A stretch of DNA of 64,000 nucleotides from Patescibacteria group bacterium (GTDB lineage: Bacteria > Patescibacteriota > UBA1384 > 2-12-FULL-50-11), in NCBI GenBank assembly GCA_038058635.1, contig JBBUAP010000001.1, positions 13,606 to 77,605 of the forward strand, read 5' to 3'. Below are positions 46,813 to 56,950 of this stretch, piece after piece (the first letter of the stretch is position 1; every line of letters starts with the position of its first letter). A program made the translations under genes and the position numbers. The notes below the pieces were generated by a model. The model saw only the letters and a program-made list of their open reading frames with translations, was not told the DNA's origin and did no database searches.

Positions 46813-46862
46813 CCGCCCGCCACTGGGGCGGATTTTTAAAAAAGTGGGGCCCGAAGGCCCCG
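46813..46862. terminator. bidirectional terminator (two hairpins flanking a T/A tract)
   Basis: ccgccc-gccactg-gggcgg, then atttttaaaaaa, then ggggcc-cgaa-ggcccc. Confidence 0.5.
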
Positions 46863-47054
46863 GAGTCTCTGACTTTCTTGACGTCAGATAGGACAAGCAA
46901 ATCAAAAGTGCAAATGCAATGACACAGAACCACAACGCTTTCCTTTTTCTCGGGTCGCGTCCGTAATTTTCCACTTCTACCTCCCAGTAAAACGGAGATT
47001 TCACGATACCACACCGCTCAATAAAAGTTAACCCAGCTAGTTTTTCGCCCGAGA

Positions 47055-47267
47055 CTAGCTCGGGCGATTTTGATCGTATAGCTCATTGAATTCTGCAAGA
47101 TCGTGCTCCAGAGCGTTCCAGTCACGAGTTACCCCAAATTCCTGCATCCGTCTCGAACTGTACAGATACAGTTCCTTCCAAAACTTGGCTTGCTCGTTTT
47201 TCGCCTGAGCGTATGCTCCCAAGAGTATCAAGGCCGCTACAAGGGCGTAGGTCATCGTCCCCTTCAC
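47055..47267 (-). CDS. small secreted/membrane protein (hypothetical)
   Basis: Signal-peptide-like MTYALVAALILLGAYAQA. 70 aa. Confidence 0.35.
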   Translation of the reverse strand: MKGTMTYALVAALILLGAYAQAKNEQAKFWKELYLYSSRRMQEFGVTRDWNALEHDLAEFNELYDQNRPS

Positions 47268-47356
47268 CTCCTCATTTTCTAAATCAATTTTACCTCTATC
47301 CCCGCAAAAATCCAGCCAGCGGAACCTGACTGACAGTGATTAAATTGTGGCTGAAG

Positions 47357-47623
47357 CTAGCTGTCTTCGCCGGTTCGGAAGCCGATGCTCTTTTTCTCGT
47401 CGGTGTCGGTGCCAATGACTTTTGTCATCACTTCCAACAAGGCCTTGGCGTGTTCCAGCGACATCCCGATTCGGGCCACCACTTGTTGCTTCTGGTGACT
47501 GCCAAGACTCTGGGCAATCTCTAGATTAATCCCAAACGGCGTTCTGTTCACTAAAACTGAATCGGTGTAGAGAACGGGGGTAGCATTACTCATCATGATT
47601 TCTGGTTTTTGTTCTTCTGTCAT
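47357..47623 (-). CDS. small hypothetical protein (DUF3467-like)
   Basis: 88 aa. PFGINLEIAQSLG...ARIGMSLEHAKAL resembles DUF3467-type small proteins (from memory). Confidence 0.35.
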   Translation of the reverse strand: MTEEQKPEIMMSNATPVLYTDSVLVNRTPFGINLEIAQSLGSHQKQQVVARIGMSLEHAKALLEVMTKVIGTDTDEKKSIGFRTGEDS

Positions 47624-47693
47624 TTATCTCCTTTCGTCTGTTTGACAATGCAATTAATTTGATACGGCCAGTATACCACTCGGAGTGTCCGCG

Positions 47694-47709
47694 CCGTTTT
47701 CTTTTGGCG
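47694..47709 (+). repeat. 16-nt motif CCGTTTTCTTTTGGCG, copy 1
   Basis: Perfect 16-mer. Four copies within 1.5 kb, all in the same orientation. Confidence 0.8.
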
Positions 47710-47771
47710 AAATTATCACATTAAAAAATGCCCGCCGAAAGTTCGGGGGCAAGTAAACAAGGCGTAAGACC

Positions 47772-48188
47772 TTAACGCATGCTGACGATCGGGTTACCGA
47801 GGTGATTCTGTGAGTAGGCAGGTAATCCAAACAAAGTCTCAGGCTGCCAGAGCTCATAAGGACGAAGTCCCATTGCTGCTTCAAGCGCAACGGGGACGCA
47901 ACGCGCAGACGGAGGGATTCCCCATTTTGCCTCAAGAGTTGCCAAAGACAAAGTCCCGTCTCCGTGATCTACGATGCGCCAACTACCCGAGGGAAGTGTT
48001 AGCCGGAGAGCAGCGTCTTGCGTAAGGTAGTAAGTCCTCACACTTCTTTTCATCAGACCGAAATTACCCTCGTGACCCAAATCAGAACGCTTGGCTTTGA
48101 ACCTGGTGGTAGTGCCATCGTCATGAACTACGTAAGTTGAGCCCCGAGCTGTTTGAAATCCACACTCAGACTTTTCTGGTTCGCTCAC
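47772..48188 (-). CDS. hypothetical protein
   Basis: 138-aa ORF with no recognisable motif. Preceded by the 16-nt motif. Confidence 0.35.
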   Translation of the reverse strand: MSEPEKSECGFQTARGSTYVVHDDGTTTRFKAKRSDLGHEGNFGLMKRSVRTYYLTQDAALRLTLPSGSWRIVDHGDGTLSLATLEAKWGIPPSARCVPVALEAAMGLRPYELWQPETLFGLPAYSQNHLGNPIVSMR

Positions 48189-48278
48189 TTTCTATGTGCA
48201 CCTCCTAAAGATGTGAGTTGATTATACAGAATCTGAAGCGACTAATCAATGACTCCTCTTGCCTATAGCAAGGTAAAA

Positions 48279-48294
48279 CCGTTTTCTTTTGGCG
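48279..48294 (+). repeat. 16-nt motif CCGTTTTCTTTTGGCG, copy 2 (followed by GGGAAAT)
   Basis: Perfect 16-mer in a divergent intergenic region. Confidence 0.8.
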
Positions 48295-48379
48295 GGGAAA
48301 TGCTTCTGTTGTCTTGAATCTTTCACGCCGATCTCTTATAATACTGCCAACGTTGCATCAGCAGATATTGGAGGAAAAC

Positions 48380-48715
48380 ATGCTAGCAATTCTGATCGTT
48401 CTAGGATTCGTCTGCGCTATTGGAAGCTTGTTGCTCTTTGCACATTTAGCGTCATATCCCGAGCCCCGCGGCCCCAAACCAAAGGGCCTCACCATGTTCT
48501 TTCTCGGGATGGCCGCACTCACCTTCTTCACGGCCGCCCTGCTTGTTTCAGCCATCGGGAGCAGCTCACAAAAGCCAGCATTCCAAGACGGTTCCCCCAA
48601 TCGGGTGGAGCCGTTTTCTTTTGGCGGGGAAATTAGTCGCCTAGGATTTTGTGGTAAAACTCGTACTTGGCACGGTGGTAATCTCGGTAAGGCTTCCCGT
48701 CATATTTCAGCTTGA
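48380..48715 (+). CDS. small two-TM membrane protein (hypothetical)
   Basis: SD GGAGG 6 nt upstream of the ATG. Two hydrophobic helices. The 3' end overlaps the convergent gene and motif copy 3. Confidence 0.3.
   Translation: MLAILIVLGFVCAIGSLLLFAHLASYPEPRGPKPKGLTMFFLGMAALTFFTAALLVSAIGSSSQKPAFQDGSPNRVEPFSFGGEISRLGFCGKTRTWHGGNLGKASRHISA
48611..48626 (+). repeat. 16-nt motif CCGTTTTCTTTTGGCG, copy 3 (followed by GGGAAAT)
   Basis: Perfect 16-mer at the convergent junction of the 48380..48715 and 48633..49139 genes. Confidence 0.8.
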
Positions 48716-49139
48716 TCGCTTCGAATTCCTTGGTGATCTTTTGGTCGCTAGTCATTATCTCCGTCACCTTTAACTGACGTGCCATACTCTCGTCTACTTC
48801 CGACAGATAGAACTCCACCTCAAACCCTTCTCGCTTAAATAGCCATTCGTAGAAATTTTTACCAACATGTGACGGCTCGCCGTATAAACCCTTGAGAGCT
48901 GGCAGTAGCTTGGGATGATCTGACTGTGGTGCCAAGGTGTAGACATCTATATCGTTCTGACCGGCAATCTTGGCCGCCGCTGAACCAATCATCACAATAT
49001 TGGCAACCGGTAAAACTCGGTGAACTTCGTCAATAATCTGCTGGCCGATTTCGGTTGTCTTTGGATCGTATGACTGAATCTTAACGATCTTGTTGGCTGG
49101 AAAGTGAAGTAAAAACTTTTCTTCGTTATCGGTTAGCAT
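48633..49139 (-). CDS. GrpB-like nucleotidyltransferase-fold protein
   Basis: IVMIGSAAAKIAGQNDIDVYTLAP (compare GrpB hIGStavpGlaAKPiIDI). 168 aa. Confidence 0.45.
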   Translation of the reverse strand: MLTDNEEKFLLHFPANKIVKIQSYDPKTTEIGQQIIDEVHRVLPVANIVMIGSAAAKIAGQNDIDVYTLAPQSDHPKLLPALKGLYGEPSHVGKNFYEWLFKREGFEVEFYLSEVDESMARQLKVTEIMTSDQKITKEFEAIKLKYDGKPYRDYHRAKYEFYHKILGD

Positions 49140-49165
49140 ACTGGCAGTTTAGCAAAAACTCCGAG

Positions 49166-49181
49166 CCGTTTTCTTTTGGCG
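49166..49181 (+). repeat. 16-nt motif CCGTTTTCTTTTGGCG, copy 4
   Basis: Perfect 16-mer, 27 nt upstream of the minus-strand start at 49139. Confidence 0.8.
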
Positions 49182-49197
49182 TACAATTCGCCTCTTA

Positions 49198-50094
49198 CTA
49201 TCTAAGACCGTGACACCGCTTGTACTTCTCAGGCTGGCCGTTCGCCCTTTTCTTAGTCATACACGGACATGGGTCGTTTACAGATACGTTAATGAGGTTA
49301 AGTGACTTCGACAAATAGTAGTAAGGATCTGTAAGACTCTTGAGATTCACGTCTGCAATTTCCCTTAGGGTGTTGGAGTATATCTCCATATTCACCAAGA
49401 TCTTTCTCAGTGACTTCTCTTCATCAGCACGGAGTCTAATCAATCGGGAGGTACAAATAATATCCTTCTCAGTAAGTCCCTTACGTGTAGGGAAAGAGGT
49501 GATTTTTTTCTTGCCCGATAGCACTACGTAGTCATTGTTATCAAATTTAAGCGTCTGATTCGATAGATCAGACACGTAAACAACTTTATACCCGTGCTTA
49601 ACATTATTGTTACCAATTAGTACCGACGTAGACCCGTCATAGAGTGCGCCTAGCATCATCAGGTTTTTCTGTGCTGCCGCCACCCCTAGCGCTGAGCGCT
49701 TTTTGAGCTTACTGAGGTCTACCTTATAAACCTTAGCCACCCTTTCTTCAGAGATACCCTTGCCACATTCCTCATAAAACTCTTTCGTGTGAGAGGTGCT
49801 GGATTCTAGATAACTCATCCACCTACTTGACTCAGCTAGCACAAAAACAAGGTGTAGTTGGTCGCACAACTCAAACCATAGATTAAAGATTTTGTTTAGC
49901 GCATTGATTTGTAACTTCCTTTCTTCGGCGTTTTGGTACAAATCGAACATATAGGCTGCGATGTCGAGTTGGGATCTGTAGTTATAGTCAGTTATCGACT
50001 CGTAGATAATTCGGAGGTAACGGTTCGAGTTGTGCTTTCTCAACTCACACTGTTCTTGCTTTGTTAGAGATTTGTATTCGATAGGATCGTTCAT
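49198..50094 (-). CDS. hypothetical protein with a C-terminal SEC-C-like metal-binding motif, AT-rich
   Basis: C-terminal NDPCPCMTKKRANGQPEKYKRCHG resembles the SEC-C motif. About 42% GC, against more than 50% for its neighbours. Confidence 0.4.
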   Translation of the reverse strand: MNDPIEYKSLTKQEQCELRKHNSNRYLRIIYESITDYNYRSQLDIAAYMFDLYQNAEERKLQINALNKIFNLWFELCDQLHLVFVLAESSRWMSYLESSTSHTKEFYEECGKGISEERVAKVYKVDLSKLKKRSALGVAAAQKNLMMLGALYDGSTSVLIGNNNVKHGYKVVYVSDLSNQTLKFDNNDYVVLSGKKKITSFPTRKGLTEKDIICTSRLIRLRADEEKSLRKILVNMEIYSNTLREIADVNLKSLTDPYYYLSKSLNLINVSVNDPCPCMTKKRANGQPEKYKRCHGLR

Positions 50095-50161
50095 TTACTA
50101 ACGAAGTGCGGGTGGGATTTTCCCCCCGCACCACTTATATTCTTGCTAGTTCATCCTCCGC

Positions 50162-52082
<1,921 letters not shown>

Positions 52083-52112
52083 TGAACCTCCTTTGGAATT
52101 TTTACTCATTTT

Positions 52113-52193
52113 GCAAACGAAAGTTTGCGAAAGAAAAAGTTTTCTTTTTCATATTATGTTGCCTTATTGTAAAGCTCACTTTACATTTGTCAA
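52113..52193 (-). promoter_or_regulatory. groESL sigma-70 promoter (TTGACA-16-TACAAT) with a 6-bp-arm inverted repeat in the 5'UTR
   Basis: On the minus strand: TTGACA (52193..52188), 16-nt spacer, TACAAT (52171..52166). IR GCAAAC-gaaa-GTTTGC at 52113..52128. It does not match the CIRCE consensus. Confidence 0.5.
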
Positions 52194-52389
52194 CATGAGT
52201 CGCAAAAGGTGCCTCCGCCGCAATGAGTGGTACGACGGAGGCTATGGAAGGTATCGGACCAGGTATCTCGGTCGTTGCCGAGACGCTATTGGTCAGTAAG
52301 CCGTTGACTCTAACATGCACCGAAGCGATGCGTTTGGCAAGACAAAGAAGTGGTCGCGGGTTTACCCCGCGACCTTAAGATTGATCGAC

Positions 52390-53010
52390 TCACTTGGGCT
52401 TCGCCACACCTTTGGCAAAAACCAGTAGGTGGCTGGGAACTACCATGCCCGGCGAAATCGATGAACCTCCATCTAGGTGGATGATCGATTCAAATCCCCA
52501 TTTATGAGCCAACCAGGCGCAAGTGTCGGCACTGCCTTTGACCACTACCCGAAAGTAGTAATGGTTTTTGACAGCGACGAACTGACGCCAGTGACTATCT
52601 CCGGGACGAGGCGGTGAACGCATCCCGCCGATCGCCCAGTTTGGCATGCCCCAAGGCAACATCGTCTGATAATCGGCAAAGATCTTAACGGTGTTATCGA
52701 GGTAGACAGCCAATACTGGCCGCTTGGGCCGGGCGGGGATGATCACCTGCCGGTGCTTGATGTAGAGATCGACTTGATAAGGCACCTTGGCTCCATCGAT
52801 CGATTTCTTGCCGAAAAAACAGGCGTTTCTGGCAACTGTCGCGTCGTTTTCTGTCTCAACCCACTTGGCAGTTCGGCCGCCCGGGTAGTGGCGAAACTCC
52901 AGTCGATCAGTCTGCATATCGAAAGTCTCAACCGAGAAGTTCAGCTTCCTTGCGGCGGCGCTAGCGCAAAGCAACAGAAGCGTGACAATAGTGCCGATGA
53001 TGTAGCGCAT
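52390..53010 (-). CDS. secreted phosphodiester glycosidase-like protein (NAGPA/DUF2233-like)
   Basis: Signal peptide. IHLDGGSSISPG resembles the LDGGGSS motif of the phosphodiester glycosidase family. Confidence 0.4.
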   Translation of the reverse strand: MRYIIGTIVTLLLLCASAAARKLNFSVETFDMQTDRLEFRHYPGGRTAKWVETENDATVARNACFFGKKSIDGAKVPYQVDLYIKHRQVIIPARPKRPVLAVYLDNTVKIFADYQTMLPWGMPNWAIGGMRSPPRPGDSHWRQFVAVKNHYYFRVVVKGSADTCAWLAHKWGFESIIHLDGGSSISPGMVVPSHLLVFAKGVAKPK

Positions 53011-53506
53011 GGCTTCCTCCTTGCGAAGTACGATTAACTAAAGGTAGCGCCGAAATAGCGGCTCGGCAAACTTGTCAAGAAACACTGCTCTATAACAGAG
53101 CCGACTTTTCGGGTAAACCTTGGTGTTATGAAAAGTTTACCCGAAATAGCGGTACGACAAGATTGTCAAGAATGACTACTCTTCGGCAAAGTGAACTGGA
53201 TCTACACAAGTATTAAAGGGATTAACAAGCCAATCCCAGCTGCAAGCAGCTGGGACGGGGTGGTTAGGTCGGCCTCTAGTCGTGCCTCGTCACGAGCCTC
53301 CAAAGGTCGTGGAGTCCTGCCCTGAGATAGTCCCACCAAGGGTGGTGGGGCCGTTCTTTCGGGAAAGTGTCGATGCTGTAGTCATGCCCATTCACAGTAG
53401 CCATGTTAGCCTCACTTCAAATCGACCGTACTCTACCACGGTATCACAAAAAAGTCAAGGGTTTAACACTACATTTTTCAAGAGTCGTCAGAACGGCTAC
53501 AATCGA

Positions 53507-54484
53507 CATGACATGGAAAAAAGATTGGTCAGCGGTATCAAGCCATCAGGCACCCTCCATATCGGTAACTATTTGGGAGCGATTAAACAGTGGGTTGATC
53601 TGCAGAGCGACTACGACTGCTACTTTTTTGTTGCTGACTATCATGCGTTGACGCAAAAGCCGTCACCGGAAGTGATTCACGAGCAGACACTAGGGACAGT
53701 GGCGATGCTGGTTGCTCTCGGAGTTGACCCAAAAAACTGCGTCCTCTTTGTTCAGTCCCAGATTCCCGAACAGGCGGAGCTGAATTGGTTACTTTCGCCG
53801 TTTGTGACAGTTGGCCAACTCAACCGGATGACTCAATACAAGGAAAAGTCTGACCGCCACGGCCAAAATGTTGGCCTGCTGACTTACCCGGTTTTAATGG
53901 CCGCCGATATTCTTATCTACGACGCCGAAGTTGTGCCGGTTGGTGACGATCAGGTCCAGCATTTAGAATTGGCTAGGGAAGTTGTGCGTAGCTTTAATGC
54001 TCACGCTGGCAAAACTTTCACCGAGCCCAAACCACTTTTGACCAAGGCCGCTCGGATTATGGCTTTGAACGATCCGAAACATAAGATGTCTAAATCCATC
54101 CCTGGCTCCGCCATCGGCTTGCTCGACGACGAGGCCACCGTTACCGCGACTATTCGCAAAGCAGTGACCGATTCCGATCCCAATTCCACCAAGAGGAGTC
54201 CGGGAGTAGAGAATTTATTTACAATTCTTGAGGGCTTTAGTGACGAAGAGACTGTTCAGCAATTTCAGGATAAATATAAAGATGGCCAGCTCAAATACTC
54301 CGAGCTCAAAGAGCAGTTGATCGAAGATGTGATGGCGTTTCTGGGTCCAGTTCAGAAAGCTTATGCAAGTTTGCTGGCCCAGCCTGACCAACTGGAGCTG
54401 ATCATTAACGAGGGCACGGCCAAGGCCCGTCCGATTGCGAGCGCCAAGCTGGCAATCGTCAAAAAAAACCTCGGCCTACTTTAA
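53507..54484 (+). CDS. trpS: tryptophanyl-tRNA synthetase
   Basis: HIGH as GTLHIGNYLG and KMSKS as KMSKSIPGSAIGL. Start at MEKRLVSG inside ORF 53282..54484. Confidence 0.85.
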   Translation, partial: HDMEKRLVSGIKPSGTLHIGNYLGAIKQWVDLQSDYDCYFFVADYHALTQKPSPEVIHEQTLGTVAMLVALGVDPKNCVLFVQSQIPEQAELNWLLSPFVTVGQLNRMTQYKEKSDRHGQNVGLLTYPVLMAADILIYDAEVVPVGDDQVQHLELAREVVRSFNAHAGKTFTEPKPLLTKAARIMALNDPKHKMSKSIPGSAIGLLDDEATVTATIRKAVTDSDPNSTKRSPGVENLFTILEGFSDEETVQQFQDKYKDGQLKYSELKEQLIEDVMAFLGPVQKAYASLLAQPDQLELIINEGTAKARPIASAKLAIVKKNLGLL

Positions 54485-54566
54485 CCCCTTGAATTCTCGG
54501 CCAATTTTGTTATCATTTTTCCCTACGCACGAAGCGTACAAGCACATCGAGTCAAGGAGGACAAAA

Positions 54567-54917
54567 GTGTCAGATCGAGAACGACCGATCTCTCAACCGA
54601 ACCACGGCCAACATCATTTCGCAGCGGGACTGGGTGAATTAGGTGTTCATCCTCGCAAATTGGGCGACGCGGACAATGAGCTGCTGGACTGTCGACGAAA
54701 CTGCTTTTTCTGCGGGACGCCGACTTGCTACGCGATCTTAGAGGAGCGGATTGTGGAAGTTGAGGCTGGTGTGGAGATGGCCTGTCCAGGAAAGAGCAAG
54801 CCATTCATAGCCGACATCGACTACTTCTGCGCAGTCTGCGCCACTTGTCGGGAGCGACACAACATCCCGCCAGCGCCAACAACAGCTATCAGTGCCCACA
54901 AGACGCTCAAGGGCTAA
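54567..54917 (+). CDS. small Cys-rich protein (putative zinc-binding), GTG start
   Basis: AAGGAGG then 6 nt then GTG. CRRNCFFCGTPTC...CPGK...CAVCATC. Confidence 0.4.
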   Translation: MSDRERPISQPNHGQHHFAAGLGELGVHPRKLGDADNELLDCRRNCFFCGTPTCYAILEERIVEVEAGVEMACPGKSKPFIADIDYFCAVCATCRERHNIPPAPTTAISAHKTLKG

Positions 54918-54925
54918 CGCCCTCT

Positions 54926-54950
54926 CGGGGTTGGGTCGATCAGGCCCAAC
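54926..54950. terminator. bidirectional terminator hairpin
   Basis: gggttggg-tcgatcagg-cccaaccc between convergent genes. Confidence 0.5.
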
Positions 54951-54951
54951 C

Positions 54952-56352
54952 CTATTTCTTTGAATTGGTCGAATTGACTAACTCTGTCAGTTCGGCGGTT
55001 TTTTGGTCGCAAGTAGATTTATCTTTGGCCTCGACATTTAAGCGCAGAAGATTTTCGGTATTGCTGGCGCGGAGATTGAAGCGCCAAGATTCAAAAGTAA
55101 TTGACAGCCCCTCGGTGCGGTCGATCGAGCCGTCGGCATATTGTTGTTCGATTTTGGCTAGCATTTTATCCTTGTCGGATACTTCGAAGTTGATTTCACC
55201 AGAGATGATATACTTTTCTTCCATTAGTCTGACCATTTCAGAGACCGATTCCTTGGTTTTGGCGACAATATTTAGAAACAGTAAAAACGGGATTAAACCG
55301 TTATCAGCGAAATAGAAATCCCGGAAAAAGAAGTGGCCGGAAAGTTCGCCGCCGAAAACAGCGTCATTTTCTCGCATAGTGCTTTTATAAAAAGCGTGTC
55401 CAACCCTACTAAGAACTGGTGTCCCGCCAGCAGTGGTAATGACTTTGGTGTTGACCCAGGCAGTCCGTTGATCGTAGGCAATCTTCTGACCCGGATTTTC
55501 TTGTAGAATATGGTTGGTGAGTAATGCCGATAAGTAACAGCTTTCGATGGCCTTACCTTTTTCATCGACAACGAAGAAACGATCGCCATCTGCATCCCAG
55601 GCAACCCCAAAATCGGCCTTAGTTTCAATGATTAACTCACTTGTCTCTTGACGATTTTCCGGCCGTGATGGGTCGGGTCGGCCTTTGGGGAATGTACCGT
55701 CGGGCTGGAAATTGAGTTCGATTAAATTGATGTGGTTGCTGTTCAAGCGCTCGAGAAATCTTTGGGCTAACGGGCCAGACAAGCCAAAATTATTGTTGGC
55801 GACGATCTTCAGAGCCGGGGCAGAGTCAAAGTGAACGAATTTGGTTAAATAGTCGAAATAATCTTCTTCGACATCTCGAGTTTCAACGGTCCCTTCGGTT
55901 AGCGAAGCTAAGTTGTCGTCAGATTCGGCTAACGCTTGAATCTCTTTCAGGCCGCTGTCGCTTGAAATCGCTTCGACGCCGGATCGAACCAACTTCAGGC
56001 CGTTGAATTCGGCTGGATTGTGAGAAGCCGATACCTGGATACCGCCGTCAAAGTGGTAGAAACCAACGGCAAAATAAAGCATCTCGGTTGGCACTGGCCC
56101 GATGTCTTCGACATTAACGCCAGCTTCAGTCAGGCCATCAATAACCGCTTTTTGTAGCTTTGGCCCACTCAATCGAACGTCTCGACCGACAGCAATGCGC
56201 AGGGACTGGGAGCTAGGTACTGGGGGTTGGTTGCTATCCTTCAATAAAAATCTCGCGTAGGCCATGGTGATACGCTTAACTTTCTTTTCGTCAATTTCAT
56301 CCGGATAAACGCCGCGGATGTCATATGCTTTGAAGATTTGGTCAAAATTCAT
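54952..56352 (-). CDS. phosphoglucomutase/phosphomannomutase (alpha-D-phosphohexomutase)
   Basis: Active-site SASHNPAEFNGLK, metal-binding DADGDR and sugar-binding GGELSGH. Confidence 0.9.
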   Translation of the reverse strand: MNFDQIFKAYDIRGVYPDEIDEKKVKRITMAYARFLLKDSNQPPVPSSQSLRIAVGRDVRLSGPKLQKAVIDGLTEAGVNVEDIGPVPTEMLYFAVGFYHFDGGIQVSASHNPAEFNGLKLVRSGVEAISSDSGLKEIQALAESDDNLASLTEGTVETRDVEEDYFDYLTKFVHFDSAPALKIVANNNFGLSGPLAQRFLERLNSNHINLIELNFQPDGTFPKGRPDPSRPENRQETSELIIETKADFGVAWDADGDRFFVVDEKGKAIESCYLSALLTNHILQENPGQKIAYDQRTAWVNTKVITTAGGTPVLSRVGHAFYKSTMRENDAVFGGELSGHFFFRDFYFADNGLIPFLLFLNIVAKTKESVSEMVRLMEEKYIISGEINFEVSDKDKMLAKIEQQYADGSIDRTEGLSITFESWRFNLRASNTENLLRLNVEAKDKSTCDQKTAELTELVNSTNSKK

Positions 56353-56425
56353 ATTCTGATTCTATTAAATTAAAGGGTAAAAAGGAACCGCCCCGGGTTA
56401 GGGGGCGGCAGATTCGCTGGTTGGG

Positions 56426-56824
56426 TTAGTCGACCCACCAAGCTACACTTCGTGATCGACGTTCATCCCGAGTCACGTACTCGACTTCGACTTCAGGAGA
56501 GGGCTCCTGCAAGCCCAGGTGAGCGATCATCTTCTTGAGCCCAGTCTCGTAAGCTTTGACAAAGCCCCACTCTCCCCCTTTTTCGTTTCCGGCCTTGCTA
56601 CGTTTCCAGGCAAGCTTTCTTGCCGCTTCGAGAACGATGGGATTCGCTTCGCTGCGGTGTTTCATCTCGGAAAATGGCTTCTGCTCTGGAATGGCCTTGA
56701 CCGGCACACCCTCTGGGCAAAGCACAGTATTCAGAATGAGATACTCACTTTTCGACAGGATCCCACCCTTCCATGCGAGCTTATCCTTTCTGCTCAAAAG
56801 CAGGCCCGTAATTTGTTCTATCAA
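56426..56824 (-). CDS. hypothetical protein
   Basis: 132-aa ORF with no recognisable motif. Confidence 0.35.
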   Translation of the reverse strand: MIEQITGLLLSRKDKLAWKGGILSKSEYLILNTVLCPEGVPVKAIPEQKPFSEMKHRSEANPIVLEAARKLAWKRSKAGNEKGGEWGFVKAYETGLKKMIAHLGLQEPSPEVEVEYVTRDERRSRSVAWWVD

Positions 56825-56950
56825 GCTGCTTCCACCTCCTTGTGTGGTATGACAAAAATACTAGCACAAACAGGGTAAAAAGTCAAGGAGAACGCCTGTA
56901 ATTTCCGGTTTCTTGACGGTGCGTTAAACTAACCGTAGTGTGGCCAGAGT

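Noticed and set aside
46768-47014. Minus-strand ORFs 46768..47004 and 46793..47014
   Set aside because: They read straight through the bidirectional terminator hairpins at 46813..46862. There is no SD and the ORFs are composition-driven.
48358-48600. Minus-strand ORF 48358..48600 lying right downstream of motif copy 3
   Set aside because: It is Pro/Gly/Arg-rich junk antisense to the better-supported SD-equipped plus-strand membrane-peptide gene.
53318-53345. T-box riboswitch upstream of trpS
   Set aside because: AAGGGTGGTGGGGCCG superficially resembles the T-box sequence AGGGTGGNACCGCG. However it lacks the ACCGCG half and forms a simple CCACC/GGTGG hairpin instead. This is kept only as a generic structured-leader finding.
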